Below are positions 17,470 through 26,468 of a stretch of 64,000 nt of DNA, piece by piece; the stretch's first letter is position 1; every line of letters begins with the position of its first letter. A program made the position numbers and the translations under genes. The notes under the pieces were generated by a model. That model was not told the origin of the DNA. It searched no databases and worked only from the letters and a program-made list of their open reading frames with translations. The DNA is from an uncultured Bacteroides sp. Its GTDB lineage: Bacteria > Bacteroidota > Bacteroidia > Bacteroidales > SM23-62. The DNA is taken from NCBI GenBank assembly GCA_964431315.1, contig CAYSJH010000020.1, positions 1,226-65,225 of the forward strand, read 5' to 3'.

Positions 17470-19467
17470 CTCCAGGTCCGGGTGGAGTTCCATGACCCGT
17501 TGAATTTCTTCCCCGGGGATTGGATTCCCCCTCAGGTTCAGGAGCCTGAGATTTTTAAGTTTGAGCAGGCATTCCGGGATTCCGGCCAGTTTATTGTTGC
17601 TGAGATCGAGTTGTTGCAGGGATTTCAGACCACGGAGTTCATCCGGGAGGGTTTCCAGCATATTCCCGCCGAGTGAGAGAGTTTCCAGGTTTTTCAGGCG
17701 TCCCAGCGCTGAAGGCAGTGAGGTGATCCGGTTCCCGGAAAGGTCCAGCGTCTCCAGTCCACGCAGCCTTTCAATGGAAGGAGGCACTGTGCTGATCTGG
17801 TTTCCGGACAGGTTAAGTTCCTCCAGCTCCGGGAAGCCCGAGGGATCAATGTCTGCGTGTATGATGTAATTGGAGGCAAGATCGAGGAAGACGGCTTTGG
17901 GGAATTGATAGATCATGTCCGGCACCGAGGTAAATCCCGCTCCGCTTAGGTTCACCCAGGGTTCCCCGATCGCTTCGCCGCCATACTGTTCCTGCATCCC
18001 GACCAGATATTTTTCGGGATAGGTAAGGGTTTCCCTGTTTTTCAGATCGTCGGTGGATGCGGGTCCCCCGCTTGCGATCTCGGAGGAGATTATTCTGCCC
18101 TGCCGGTTGAACAGCACCATGGATTCGCCGAGGTATGCCGCGCCGATTCCTTTTTCCCAGGCCTGGTCGGTCCAGTCAAATACGAAGGGGATCACCTTGT
18201 TGCCATGGATGTCGATAAAACCTGTTTTCCCGTCAACTTCAGCTGCTGCGATCCCTTCCGATACTTCCCTCAGTCCGTCGTACACCAGATGGGTAAGGTA
18301 ATTACCGGAAGTATCTGCAAGTCCCCAGGATCCCCCGAGTTCCACCGAGAGGGTCCCCTCGAACACACACTGCGGGTAGCTGTTTCCAGTGGAATAGTCC
18401 GTCTGCTTTTCATAGATGTTATCGTAGATGCAGGGCAGGATGGTTTTCCCCGACTTTGATTCCACCCCGTATTTCCCGTCCCTGCTTACCCTCAGGAAAG
18501 GATGGCGGAAACTGTTTCCCACGTCTTCCGGTGAAGCATTCAGCCTCAGCGATCCGTCAGGGCTGACCCACTCGGCATACCTGTATCCCTCGGGACTGGT
18601 TTCGATCTTCAGTCCCCCTGCGATCCCGTACAATCCCGCTGTAAGGTGGGCCGGGTCATCCGTTACCCAGCGGTCTGATGCAGGATAATAGACCTTCTGT
18701 TCCCTGCCGGAGATGACCCATACGCTTTCATCGCTCAGGGACGGATAGATGAGATAATCACCCTGCGGGATAATCTCCCGGCCCGTATTATCCACGAGGC
18801 TGCTCCGGTTTCCCTTCATCAGGATGAAATGGGGTTCTTTCCACCAGTCCAGTGCATGGATCTCGGAATATTCAGGCGGGGCGAGGATATGGCCCGAGTA
18901 GTCTGCAAGTCCCAGGGTTCCCCCCCAGGCATAGGAATAAATCCCTCCCGAATCCACAGCGGACCGGTCCAGGATTAGCATATACCCGTCATACAGCACG
19001 GGCGGGTCCTTGAATACCGGTTCCTGCAGCCAGTCCAGGTTACAGTACGCCACACCCCAGCCTTCCCCGGTTCGTACAGACATGGCGCCATTATGCACAT
19101 ATGCGATCTCCCTGTAGGGAAGGACCATCTTGCTGCCGTCGGTTGACAGAAGGGCAAATTCTGCGGGGATCCCGTCATAGTAAGAAAGCTGACCGGAGGA
19201 TGTATCGTGCAGCATTTTAACGGCAAGGAATTTTCCGCAGTCCCCCAGGGGCCAGATCCGGTTCCAGTCCTCATCGAACAGGAGATTGCCATCGGTGTCG
19301 ATTACATTATCGAACCATCCCCTGTAAAAGTTTATTACCCTGAATTGGCCGATGGGACAGGATGGACCGGATGGAACGGCAGCCGGTTGAGCGTTCGAAA
19401 AAACTGAGACGGCAGACAACATAAGCATCCATGCGGTCCGCCGGTATCCGGGAAATGAAAATTTCAT
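17455..19467 (-). CDS. secreted WG-repeat (KWG-like) plus C-terminal leucine-rich-repeat protein
   Basis: N-terminal signal-like segment (WMLMLSAVSVFSNAQ). Repeated G(K/S)WG(L/V)xD...G motifs. The C-terminal ~150 aa are LxxLxLxxNxL LRRs (LEELNLSGNQISTVP, LETLDLSGNRITSLP, LETLSLGGNMLETLP, LQQLDLSNNKLAGIP). Confidence 0.75.
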   Translation of the reverse strand: MKFSFPGYRRTAWMLMLSAVSVFSNAQPAAVPSGPSCPIGQFRVINFYRGWFDNVIDTDGNLLFDEDWNRIWPLGDCGKFLAVKMLHDTSSGQLSYYDGIPAEFALLSTDGSKMVLPYREIAYVHNGAMSVRTGEGWGVAYCNLDWLQEPVFKDPPVLYDGYMLILDRSAVDSGGIYSYAWGGTLGLADYSGHILAPPEYSEIHALDWWKEPHFILMKGNRSSLVDNTGREIIPQGDYLIYPSLSDESVWVISGREQKVYYPASDRWVTDDPAHLTAGLYGIAGGLKIETSPEGYRYAEWVSPDGSLRLNASPEDVGNSFRHPFLRVSRDGKYGVESKSGKTILPCIYDNIYEKQTDYSTGNSYPQCVFEGTLSVELGGSWGLADTSGNYLTHLVYDGLREVSEGIAAAEVDGKTGFIDIHGNKVIPFVFDWTDQAWEKGIGAAYLGESMVLFNRQGRIISSEIASGGPASTDDLKNRETLTYPEKYLVGMQEQYGGEAIGEPWVNLSGAGFTSVPDMIYQFPKAVFLDLASNYIIHADIDPSGFPELEELNLSGNQISTVPPSIERLRGLETLDLSGNRITSLPSALGRLKNLETLSLGGNMLETLPDELRGLKSLQQLDLSNNKLAGIPECLLKLKNLRLLNLRGNPIPGEEIQRVMELHPDLEIEHD

Positions 19468-19479
19468 AAGGTTGAGAAA

Positions 19480-20001
19480 TTAATTCTGATCCCTGAGCTT
19501 CTCGGCGACCTTTTCATCGGACAGGATATTTGCCACGATGGCCCAGGCCTTATCCGGGCCGTACACCTTCAGCTTGGTCAGAAGTACCTTTTTCCGGTCC
19601 CCGATGGCCCCTTTCTCGGCCACAGCCTTCCGGATCTCCCGGAACTGCGATCCGGTCAGTTCGTTTTCCATGGCATCCAGGATGGAGCGGAATGGGATTG
19701 TATCGGGACTCTCTTCCGGTAACCCGAATGTCTGGAGTTCTGCAATGGCCTCTTCAAGGATCTCCCTGCCCAGCTTTTTACAGGCTTTAATGGAATTGGT
19801 ATATCCGGTCTCATCACGCAGTACCCAGCTGCCCTTGTCGTAAGTGATCTTCTGAATGGCTTCCATCTTTTTGGTCTGCCTGCCAAAGATCCGTTCCAGC
19901 AGCAGGATGGTGAAATTTTTCCAGGCGTTCAGGTCAAAATCCTTTGCTTCAAGCTTTTTGATCTGTTCCTCCAGGACCTCGATGGTTTTATTTGGATTCA
20001 T
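19480..20001 (-). CDS. hypothetical protein (173 aa)
   Basis: Clean ATG ORF 12 nt upstream of the LRR gene on the same strand. No recognisable motif. Confidence 0.5.
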   Translation of the reverse strand: MNPNKTIEVLEEQIKKLEAKDFDLNAWKNFTILLLERIFGRQTKKMEAIQKITYDKGSWVLRDETGYTNSIKACKKLGREILEEAIAELQTFGLPEESPDTIPFRSILDAMENELTGSQFREIRKAVAEKGAIGDRKKVLLTKLKVYGPDKAWAIVANILSDEKVAEKLRDQN

Positions 20002-20042
20002 TGCCTTAATGAGGAGTTTGTTGGTCCTGTAAAAGTAAGAAT

Positions 20043-21758
20043 TTATTCGGTACCGGAAGGGGTCCGGTATCGGTTTCGCCTTTCCCTGACTTCTTCCCGG
20101 TAAAATCGGTTAACGTCGATCTTCTGCCCGGTGCAGAAATAGACCGGTGTGCCATACTGCCTGGCATGGGGTGTGCTGATCCTTCCAACGATCTCAACGT
20201 TTTCGAAAAGATTCTGAAGATTATCGTCCTGCCCGATCTTAATGAAAAATTCGGCATTGATGCTGTCTGGTGCCCAGAAAAGGTAACTGTCGTTGTAGCT
20301 GATCACCGGAGGCAGACCGTAATAGGTGCCATAAAAGTCAACGGAACCGGCCTCACCGTAGTTATTGGCAAAAATGACACATCTGGATTGTTCCTCCGGG
20401 CTCAGTGCATTATAGGTTTTGCCCACGATGCCGGCGAGTTCCTTCCATCCTATCATATCCGCATAGTCCTGCGGCAGATCGTAATACTGCCCGTCTTCCC
20501 AGCGCTGGGCATGATCCATGGGAGTCCCCCTGTAAAACCTGATGAATGCATCCGGTTTCAGAACGGGCAGGCTGATGGGGAGGGAAAGCACGGAAACGAC
20601 CAGCGCAAACACGAGGAATACATACCGGATCCAGGCCAGCTTCCCCTTCAGGCGTGCTTCGATGAAAATTCCCCCGAAAACGAACAGCGCAGTATAAGCA
20701 CCTATGGTGTAATAAGGTTTTCCCCGAAGCAGGATAAGCAGCAGGATAACGGTCAGGTATATCCACGCGAATGCACGGTATTGCCTGCCATCCTTCAGGA
20801 ATGCCACATGGATGAGTCCCAGGATCCAGACAAAAAACACCGGCATGAACATCAGGATCTGTTCGAGCAGGAAGACGTCGACCCGTACATTCACCAGCTG
20901 GGTCCGGGCCAGTTCCTGCATGTGATTGACAACAGGCCAGCTGTTCCGGTACTGCCAGATGAGGTTTGGAAAGGTGATCATCAGGGCAATCCCGGCCGCG
21001 ATCCAGGGCAGGGGAGTTCGCAGCCATTTTCTCAGGGGGGTGGCCAGCACCGCCACGATGATCCCGGCAAGATAGAAGACCACAGCATACTTGTTCAGGA
21101 AGGCAAAACCGGCTGCAATTCCGATAAGGTACCAGTAATATTTCCGGTCGGTACGGATCAGCCGGAACAGCAGGAAGGCAAGCAGCAGCCAGTAGAACTC
21201 ATCGAAGGAAACGGGCTGGAACAGGCTGTTGCTGCGCAGGAATGCGGGGGACAGGAGGAATGCGAGCAGGGCAAAGAACTGGGCCCGTTTCCCGCCCCCG
21301 GCCTCCCTGACCATGATCCCGATGAGCAGCAGGGAAAGCACCCCGATAATGGCGGGGAAGAACCTTATGGCAAAGGTGTTATCACCCATGAGGAACCTGG
21401 AAATATTGGCAAAGACGGCTATGGAAGGGGGTACGGAATGGTATCCCCAGGCCAGGTGATTCCCGAGGTCAATGTACATGAATGCATCCCGTTGGAGTTC
21501 GTAAATGGTATTGGTGGAAAAATGCACGGCCAGTTTCACGGCCATGAACAAAATCACGATCCACCATGTCCGGAGCCACGCAGGGAACTTTGTCCGGAGC
21601 CACGCAGGGAACTTTGTCCGGAGCCACGCAGGGAGCTTTGTCCGGAGCCATGTACCGGACCCTGTACTGAGCCATGAACCGTGCCATGTCCTCAGCAATT
21701 TACCGGGTCCTGTCCGGAGCCATGTCCGGAACCGGGACCGGGGATGTTGCTGATGCAT
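20043..21758 (-). CDS. family-39 (ArnT/PMT-like) membrane glycosyltransferase; 5' end / true start uncertain
   Basis: Many TM helices. The N-terminal loop YELQRDAFMYIDLGNHLAWGY resembles the GT39/ArnT DE-type motif region. The first ~65 codons of the ORF are a WLRT-type 8-aa repeat encoded by a 24-bp tandem array. The only internal ATG (21545) would cut into the first TM helix. Confidence 0.7.
   Translation of the reverse strand: MHQQHPRSRFRTWLRTGPGKLLRTWHGSWLSTGSGTWLRTKLPAWLRTKFPAWLRTKFPAWLRTWWIVILFMAVKLAVHFSTNTIYELQRDAFMYIDLGNHLAWGYHSVPPSIAVFANISRFLMGDNTFAIRFFPAIIGVLSLLLIGIMVREAGGGKRAQFFALLAFLLSPAFLRSNSLFQPVSFDEFYWLLLAFLLFRLIRTDRKYYWYLIGIAAGFAFLNKYAVVFYLAGIIVAVLATPLRKWLRTPLPWIAAGIALMITFPNLIWQYRNSWPVVNHMQELARTQLVNVRVDVFLLEQILMFMPVFFVWILGLIHVAFLKDGRQYRAFAWIYLTVILLLILLRGKPYYTIGAYTALFVFGGIFIEARLKGKLAWIRYVFLVFALVVSVLSLPISLPVLKPDAFIRFYRGTPMDHAQRWEDGQYYDLPQDYADMIGWKELAGIVGKTYNALSPEEQSRCVIFANNYGEAGSVDFYGTYYGLPPVISYNDSYLFWAPDSINAEFFIKIGQDDNLQNLFENVEIVGRISTPHARQYGTPVYFCTGQKIDVNRFYREEVRERRNRYRTPSGTE
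21568..21735. repeat. 7 x 24-bp tandem repeat (3 near-perfect plus 4 degenerate copies) inside the 5' end of the GT39 ORF
   Basis: gtccggagccacgcagggaacttt at 21568, 21592 and 21616 (1 mismatch), then degenerate units at 21640, 21664, 21688 and 21712. In frame, giving (K/G)xxxWLRT repeats. Confidence 0.85.
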
Positions 21759-21813
21759 AGTTCTCTTATTACATACGCCAAGTTAGAAATTATTTGCTTA
21801 TTGAGTCCGGCAC

Positions 21814-23142
21814 TCAGCGTTTGAGCATCAGCTGATCGCATTTGATGAGCATGCGGTTGGCCCAGGTGGAATCCCTTCCCGGCGGCAGTTCCGTAATACC
21901 GGAGACGGCGGACCGGTATTCTTCGAAAACCGCCCTGGCCTGGTCCACCTCCCCGAGCCGGATCAGGATAAGTCCCTTTTCAGCCAGGGCTTCCACGAAA
22001 TCAAAATCATTCATGGAAAGCGCAGTATTGATAAGCCGGAGCGCTTCAAGGTTGCTTTCGACCGTATTGGAAAGGGTCCTGGTAAGCTTGGCCCTCAGCA
22101 GGTAATCTTCCTCATTGGCTATGCCCAGATCGAAAACCCTGTCAAGGTAGAAAAGGGACTGGTCGTAATTGTTGTTGTAGTATTCCTGCCATGCGGTAAG
22201 CGAAAGCACCGAGGAAATATTGATCATGTACTCTTTATCCGGCAGGAATTGAAAACCCGGATCGTTTTCGAGTTTGGAGATAAAACCCCTGCTCAGGTCC
22301 TGCGCGGTCCGGATTTGTTCGCTGTTGAAATCCGCCCCGGCGGAAAGCCTGATCGCATCCGAAATGGCAGCAGATGTCAATCCTGCCAGCACCAGGTCGC
22401 TGACGTTGAAGTTTGTGCCGTACCTGACATTGCTGAATTCCATAGCGACCGCGGAGGCAATGCTGGCAAAGGTGGACCAGAATTCTGCCGAGCGCTGGCT
22501 GTGGATCTCGTAATTAAGGTTCATCAGGTTATGGTCCAGCACGATATGGGCAGTCTGCTCGGCAAGGATGGACAGGAATTCCTTCTCACTGCGGGTCTTT
22601 GCGATCATCCCGGTAGTGATTACGATCGTACCGTTATTGAAAACCCAGGTTTCGGGTTTCTGGGCCCTGATCATCATGATGTTCAGACGGGCCGGCTCTT
22701 CTTTCATAAGCGCTTCGGGATGAAGAATATAAATGAGTTGTTTCAGGTAATCCTCCAGGTACTCGTCACGGAATACCAGTGCGTTGATCTCCATCTGCGA
22801 AGCATACTCGTAATAATCTTCCCTGAGGGCCGCCCGAAGATCGCTCTGCCATCCGTTCGTACGGATGTGTGCAGCCTGGTTCATCAGCCAGACTTTCTGC
22901 CAGTATCCGAGATTGTCATCCAGGAGCCGGACCTTGTCCGCCGCTACGTATTTGTCACCGTACCCGCCTCTGACAAGAAAGGATTCCGTCCCGGATTTTT
23001 CCCTGTACCCGTAAATGCTGATGGTATCCCCGGGCCTGTACTGGTCGATCTTTTTAAGCGCCACGCCCTGAATGGGATTCTGGGAATGGATATTCCCGTG
23101 AATGAGCAGGATCATTAATCCCGCTGCCAGGATTCTGTTCAT
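21814..23142 (-). CDS. BepA-like (M48 peptidase-like domain plus C-terminal TPR) secreted protein with degenerate active site
   Basis: Signal peptide from ATG 23142 (MNRILAAGLMILLIHGNIHSQ). The segment SILAEQTAHIVLDH aligns by eye to the M48/BepA SVMAHEISHVTQRH, with HExxH replaced by EQxxH. C-terminal helical repeat region. Confidence 0.55.
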   Translation of the reverse strand: MNRILAAGLMILLIHGNIHSQNPIQGVALKKIDQYRPGDTISIYGYREKSGTESFLVRGGYGDKYVAADKVRLLDDNLGYWQKVWLMNQAAHIRTNGWQSDLRAALREDYYEYASQMEINALVFRDEYLEDYLKQLIYILHPEALMKEEPARLNIMMIRAQKPETWVFNNGTIVITTGMIAKTRSEKEFLSILAEQTAHIVLDHNLMNLNYEIHSQRSAEFWSTFASIASAVAMEFSNVRYGTNFNVSDLVLAGLTSAAISDAIRLSAGADFNSEQIRTAQDLSRGFISKLENDPGFQFLPDKEYMINISSVLSLTAWQEYYNNNYDQSLFYLDRVFDLGIANEEDYLLRAKLTRTLSNTVESNLEALRLINTALSMNDFDFVEALAEKGLILIRLGEVDQARAVFEEYRSAVSGITELPPGRDSTWANRMLIKCDQLMLKR

Positions 23143-23285
23143 GGGTGGTTTCGGTGGTTTGGTTTTGTATCCTAAAAGGCACAAATATCACGCCAAACTA
23201 ACCATCCTTCCCGTATCCGTATGCATGGAAACTTCCCGCCACGTATTTTACTTATATTTATAGTTACATTTAATGCAAAACGAAA

Positions 23286-26200
23286 CTGGCCGGCCTCACA
23301 ATATACAGGGCTTCAGCAGGTTCGGGGAAAACCTATACACTGGCGCGTGATTTCATCAGCCTGATGGTCACGGATCCTGAACTGTACAGGCACATCCTTG
23401 CCGTGACCTTTACAAATAAGGCCACGGAGGAAATGAAAACCAGGATCCTTGAGGAATTGCATAATCTGTCCACCGGAAAGGCTTCCTCCATGATGGATTT
23501 CATCACCTCCGAGCATTCGCTGACTCCCGGCGAAGTCGCCGGGAGGGCGAAGCTTATCCTGGAAGCCGTTCTCCACAACTATTCCCGGTTCCATATCGAG
23601 ACCATCGACCGGTTCTTCCAGCGTTCCATACGTGCATTCACAAGAGAAATAGGTCTTGCCGGAGGATACCGCATAGAGCTCGATTCTGCGAGGGTGCTTT
23701 CGGAATCGATAGACCAGATGATGCTGGAACTCGACCAGGATCCGGAGTTGCTGGACTGGTTTGTGGAATTTGCGCGTGACAGGGTGCAGGAAGGCGGGCA
23801 CTGGAACCTGAAACGCGACCTCATGTTCATGGGAAAGGAACTCAACCGGGAACGCTTCCAGGCAAGGAGCGAGGAACTTATCCGCGAGCTGGGGGACAGG
23901 GAAAGGTTCACCTCCTTCCGGAAGGAATTGCCGGAAATCAAATACCGGTTTGAGAATTCCCTCAGGGAATATGCCCGCAAGGCGATCGGGATCATGGAAG
24001 CAGAAGGTCTCCGGCCGGGCGATTTCAAGGGACAGTATGGAGTGGGACATTTCTTTACCAGGCTTCTCAGGGGTGATTTCAAATACCCCTCCGCCACCAT
24101 CCTCAAATCGGTTGATAATCCGGATGAATGGTATGCCCGGTCCAGCCCGGAAATCGAAAAAATCACCTCAGCCTACCGGGAAGGCATGAATGGGCTGCTT
24201 AATAAGTGCATACAACTCTTTGAGGATCAGTACGTCCTCTATAAGTCCACCGAATCGGTCCGAACCTTTCTCTATACCCTGGGAATCCTGACGGACATCT
24301 CCAGGCGCATGCATGCTTTTACCGAATCGCAGGGCATCTTCCTGCTGTCGGATGCGGCACGCTTCCTTTACGGGATCATCGGGGAGAATGATGCTCCCTT
24401 CGTCTATGAAAAGATCGGGAATTATTTCGAGCATTTTATGATCGACGAGTTCCAGGATACCTCGGGACTTCAATGGAAAAATTTTAAGCCTCTGATTGAA
24501 AACAGCCTGGCATACAACAAGAAATGCCTGGTCGTCGGCGACGTAAAACAATCCATCTACCGCTGGCGGAACAGCGACTGGGAGATCCTGTCGGATCAGG
24601 TGCTGAAGGATTTTAACCCGGAACAGATTGAATTGCATGGACTTAAGCATAACTGGAGAAGCCGGGCGAACATCATCCATTTCAACAACACCTTTTTCCG
24701 TGAGGCATGTGAACTGGTTCAGTCGCATTTCAGCCAGGGGGAAGGGAATCCAGGCGATTTTTCGGAAAAGGCATCAAGGGCATATTCGGATGTGGAGCAG
24801 GAAATACCGGATGAGGCGGGAAAGGAGGGTGGCTACATCCGGGTGTCCCTGATTCCCGGCCAGGAAAATGGAAATTGGAAAGATGTCGCTGATATCCAAA
24901 TAATTAAATCGATCGAACAGTTGCAGGAACATGGGATCAGGCCCTCCGATGCGGCCATCCTGGTGAGAAGCAAACGGGACGGCAAACGCATTGCAGATGC
25001 CATTCTGGCCTACAAAAGTCTTCATCCGGATTCGAAATATGTTTACGATGTCATCTCGAATGAATCCCTTTACCTTTCCAATGCCATTTCTGTCAGGATC
25101 ATGGTCTGCGCCCTGAGGTACCTGATCTCGCCGGGGGATCGTGTGAACCTTGCCCGGCTGGTGTACGACTACAATCTTTTTACCGGCCGCATTTCGGCGG
25201 CCGACGGCGATCCGGACGAATTTCTCGAAAGCATAACAGGAGGCGAAAACCCGGCACTGCCCGGACAGTTCATGGATGAATCGCTCAGGTACCTGACCCT
25301 GACGGAGCTTACCGAGCGGATTATTGCCCTGTTTTCACTGGACACTCAGCCGGCCCAGACACCCTATATCCTCGGGTTCCAGGATCTTGTGCTGGATTAT
25401 TGCCGGACCGGGCCCGCAGACGTGAATTCCTTCCTGGACTGGTGGGATGAGAACGGTGAGGAGCAGGCCCTGACGGTATCGGAGGACCAAAATGCTATCC
25501 GGGTGATGACAATCCATAAGGCAAAGGGACTTGAATTTAAAGCAGTTATCATCCCTTATTGCAACTGGCCCTTTGACCACAGGGGACCCGAAGGTGAAAT
25601 CCTCTGGTGCAGCCCGGACATTGAACCGTTCTGCCGGCTCAGCCTGCTCCCTGTAAAATATTCCTCTGCACTGACAGACACAATATTTAAGCAGGATTAC
25701 CTCGAGGAAAAGTTCAGGGTTTACATGGACCATCTGAACCTGCTTTATGTAGCGTTCACCCGCGCAAAGGAATGCCTGATCGTTTTTGGTCCCCAGCGAA
25801 AAGAAGACAAGTTCACGGATGTGTCTGCGCTCCTCCGGATGATCCTGTGCGGGAAAGGATCTGTGCCCGAGGGTTCCTGGGATGCTTCGGGGTTGGTTTG
25901 GACCATGGGGGAACTGGCTTTCAGTCCCCCGGAAACTGAATCCGGCAAACCGATCATCCTGCGCCACCTTTCAAGCCATGAATTCAGCGGAAAGCTCAGG
26001 CTGATGTACAGGGGCATGGAATTCTTCGATCCGCGTGCTGAACGACGTGTCCATTACGGAAACCTGATGCATGAGATCTTCGCCAGGATCCGGTCAGCCG
26101 GCGATATCGGAAGGGCGGTTGACAGCGTCAGGCGGGAAGGCATGATCGATGGCACGCAGGCGGAAAGCATGAAGACTGAAATTTCAAGAATGCTTGAAAC

Positions 26201-26468
26201 GGAGATGGTGCGGGACTGGTTCGACGGAAGCTGGAAGGTCATTGCAGAGCAGGATATCCTGACCCGGGAGGGCTCCCTGCGAAGACCCGACAGGGTCATG
26301 ATGAAACCGGGCCAGGTCATCGTGGTCGATTATAAATTCGGGAGCATGAAATCGCCGGGCCACCTTTCGCAGGTAAGAAAATACGCCGATATGCTGAGGC
26401 AGATGCGGCACGGGGAAGTCCACGGATTCATATGGTACGTTAACCTGAATGAAATCCTAAAAGTATGA
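23286..26468 (+). CDS. AddA-like UvrD/Rep-family helicase with C-terminal PD-(D/E)XK nuclease; start codon unresolved
   Basis: The Walker A motif ASAGSGKTYTLA (23310-23345) is in frame but upstream of the first ATG (23364). Helicase motifs include VTFTNKATEEMK, DEFQDTS, QSIYRWR, TIHKAKGLEF. C-terminal nuclease motif RPDRV...VVDYKFG. 23286 is an in-frame CTG; see the corresponding finding. Confidence 0.8.
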   Translation: MAGLTIYRASAGSGKTYTLARDFISLMVTDPELYRHILAVTFTNKATEEMKTRILEELHNLSTGKASSMMDFITSEHSLTPGEVAGRAKLILEAVLHNYSRFHIETIDRFFQRSIRAFTREIGLAGGYRIELDSARVLSESIDQMMLELDQDPELLDWFVEFARDRVQEGGHWNLKRDLMFMGKELNRERFQARSEELIRELGDRERFTSFRKELPEIKYRFENSLREYARKAIGIMEAEGLRPGDFKGQYGVGHFFTRLLRGDFKYPSATILKSVDNPDEWYARSSPEIEKITSAYREGMNGLLNKCIQLFEDQYVLYKSTESVRTFLYTLGILTDISRRMHAFTESQGIFLLSDAARFLYGIIGENDAPFVYEKIGNYFEHFMIDEFQDTSGLQWKNFKPLIENSLAYNKKCLVVGDVKQSIYRWRNSDWEILSDQVLKDFNPEQIELHGLKHNWRSRANIIHFNNTFFREACELVQSHFSQGEGNPGDFSEKASRAYSDVEQEIPDEAGKEGGYIRVSLIPGQENGNWKDVADIQIIKSIEQLQEHGIRPSDAAILVRSKRDGKRIADAILAYKSLHPDSKYVYDVISNESLYLSNAISVRIMVCALRYLISPGDRVNLARLVYDYNLFTGRISAADGDPDEFLESITGGENPALPGQFMDESLRYLTLTELTERIIALFSLDTQPAQTPYILGFQDLVLDYCRTGPADVNSFLDWWDENGEEQALTVSEDQNAIRVMTIHKAKGLEFKAVIIPYCNWPFDHRGPEGEILWCSPDIEPFCRLSLLPVKYSSALTDTIFKQDYLEEKFRVYMDHLNLLYVAFTRAKECLIVFGPQRKEDKFTDVSALLRMILCGKGSVPEGSWDASGLVWTMGELAFSPPETESGKPIILRHLSSHEFSGKLRLMYRGMEFFDPRAERRVHYGNLMHEIFARIRSAGDIGRAVDSVRREGMIDGTQAESMKTEISRMLETEMVRDWFDGSWKVIAEQDILTREGSLRRPDRVMMKPGQVIVVDYKFGSMKSPGHLSQVRKYADMLRQMRHGEVHGFIWYVNLNEILKV

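Noticed and set aside
20166-21677. 503-aa plus-strand ORF opposite the GT39 glycosyltransferase gene
   Set aside because: This is a shadow ORF in a GC-rich region. Its translation is low-complexity (rich in P, G, Q, E, D and H) with no motifs, while the minus-strand frame gives a coherent multi-TM glycosyltransferase.
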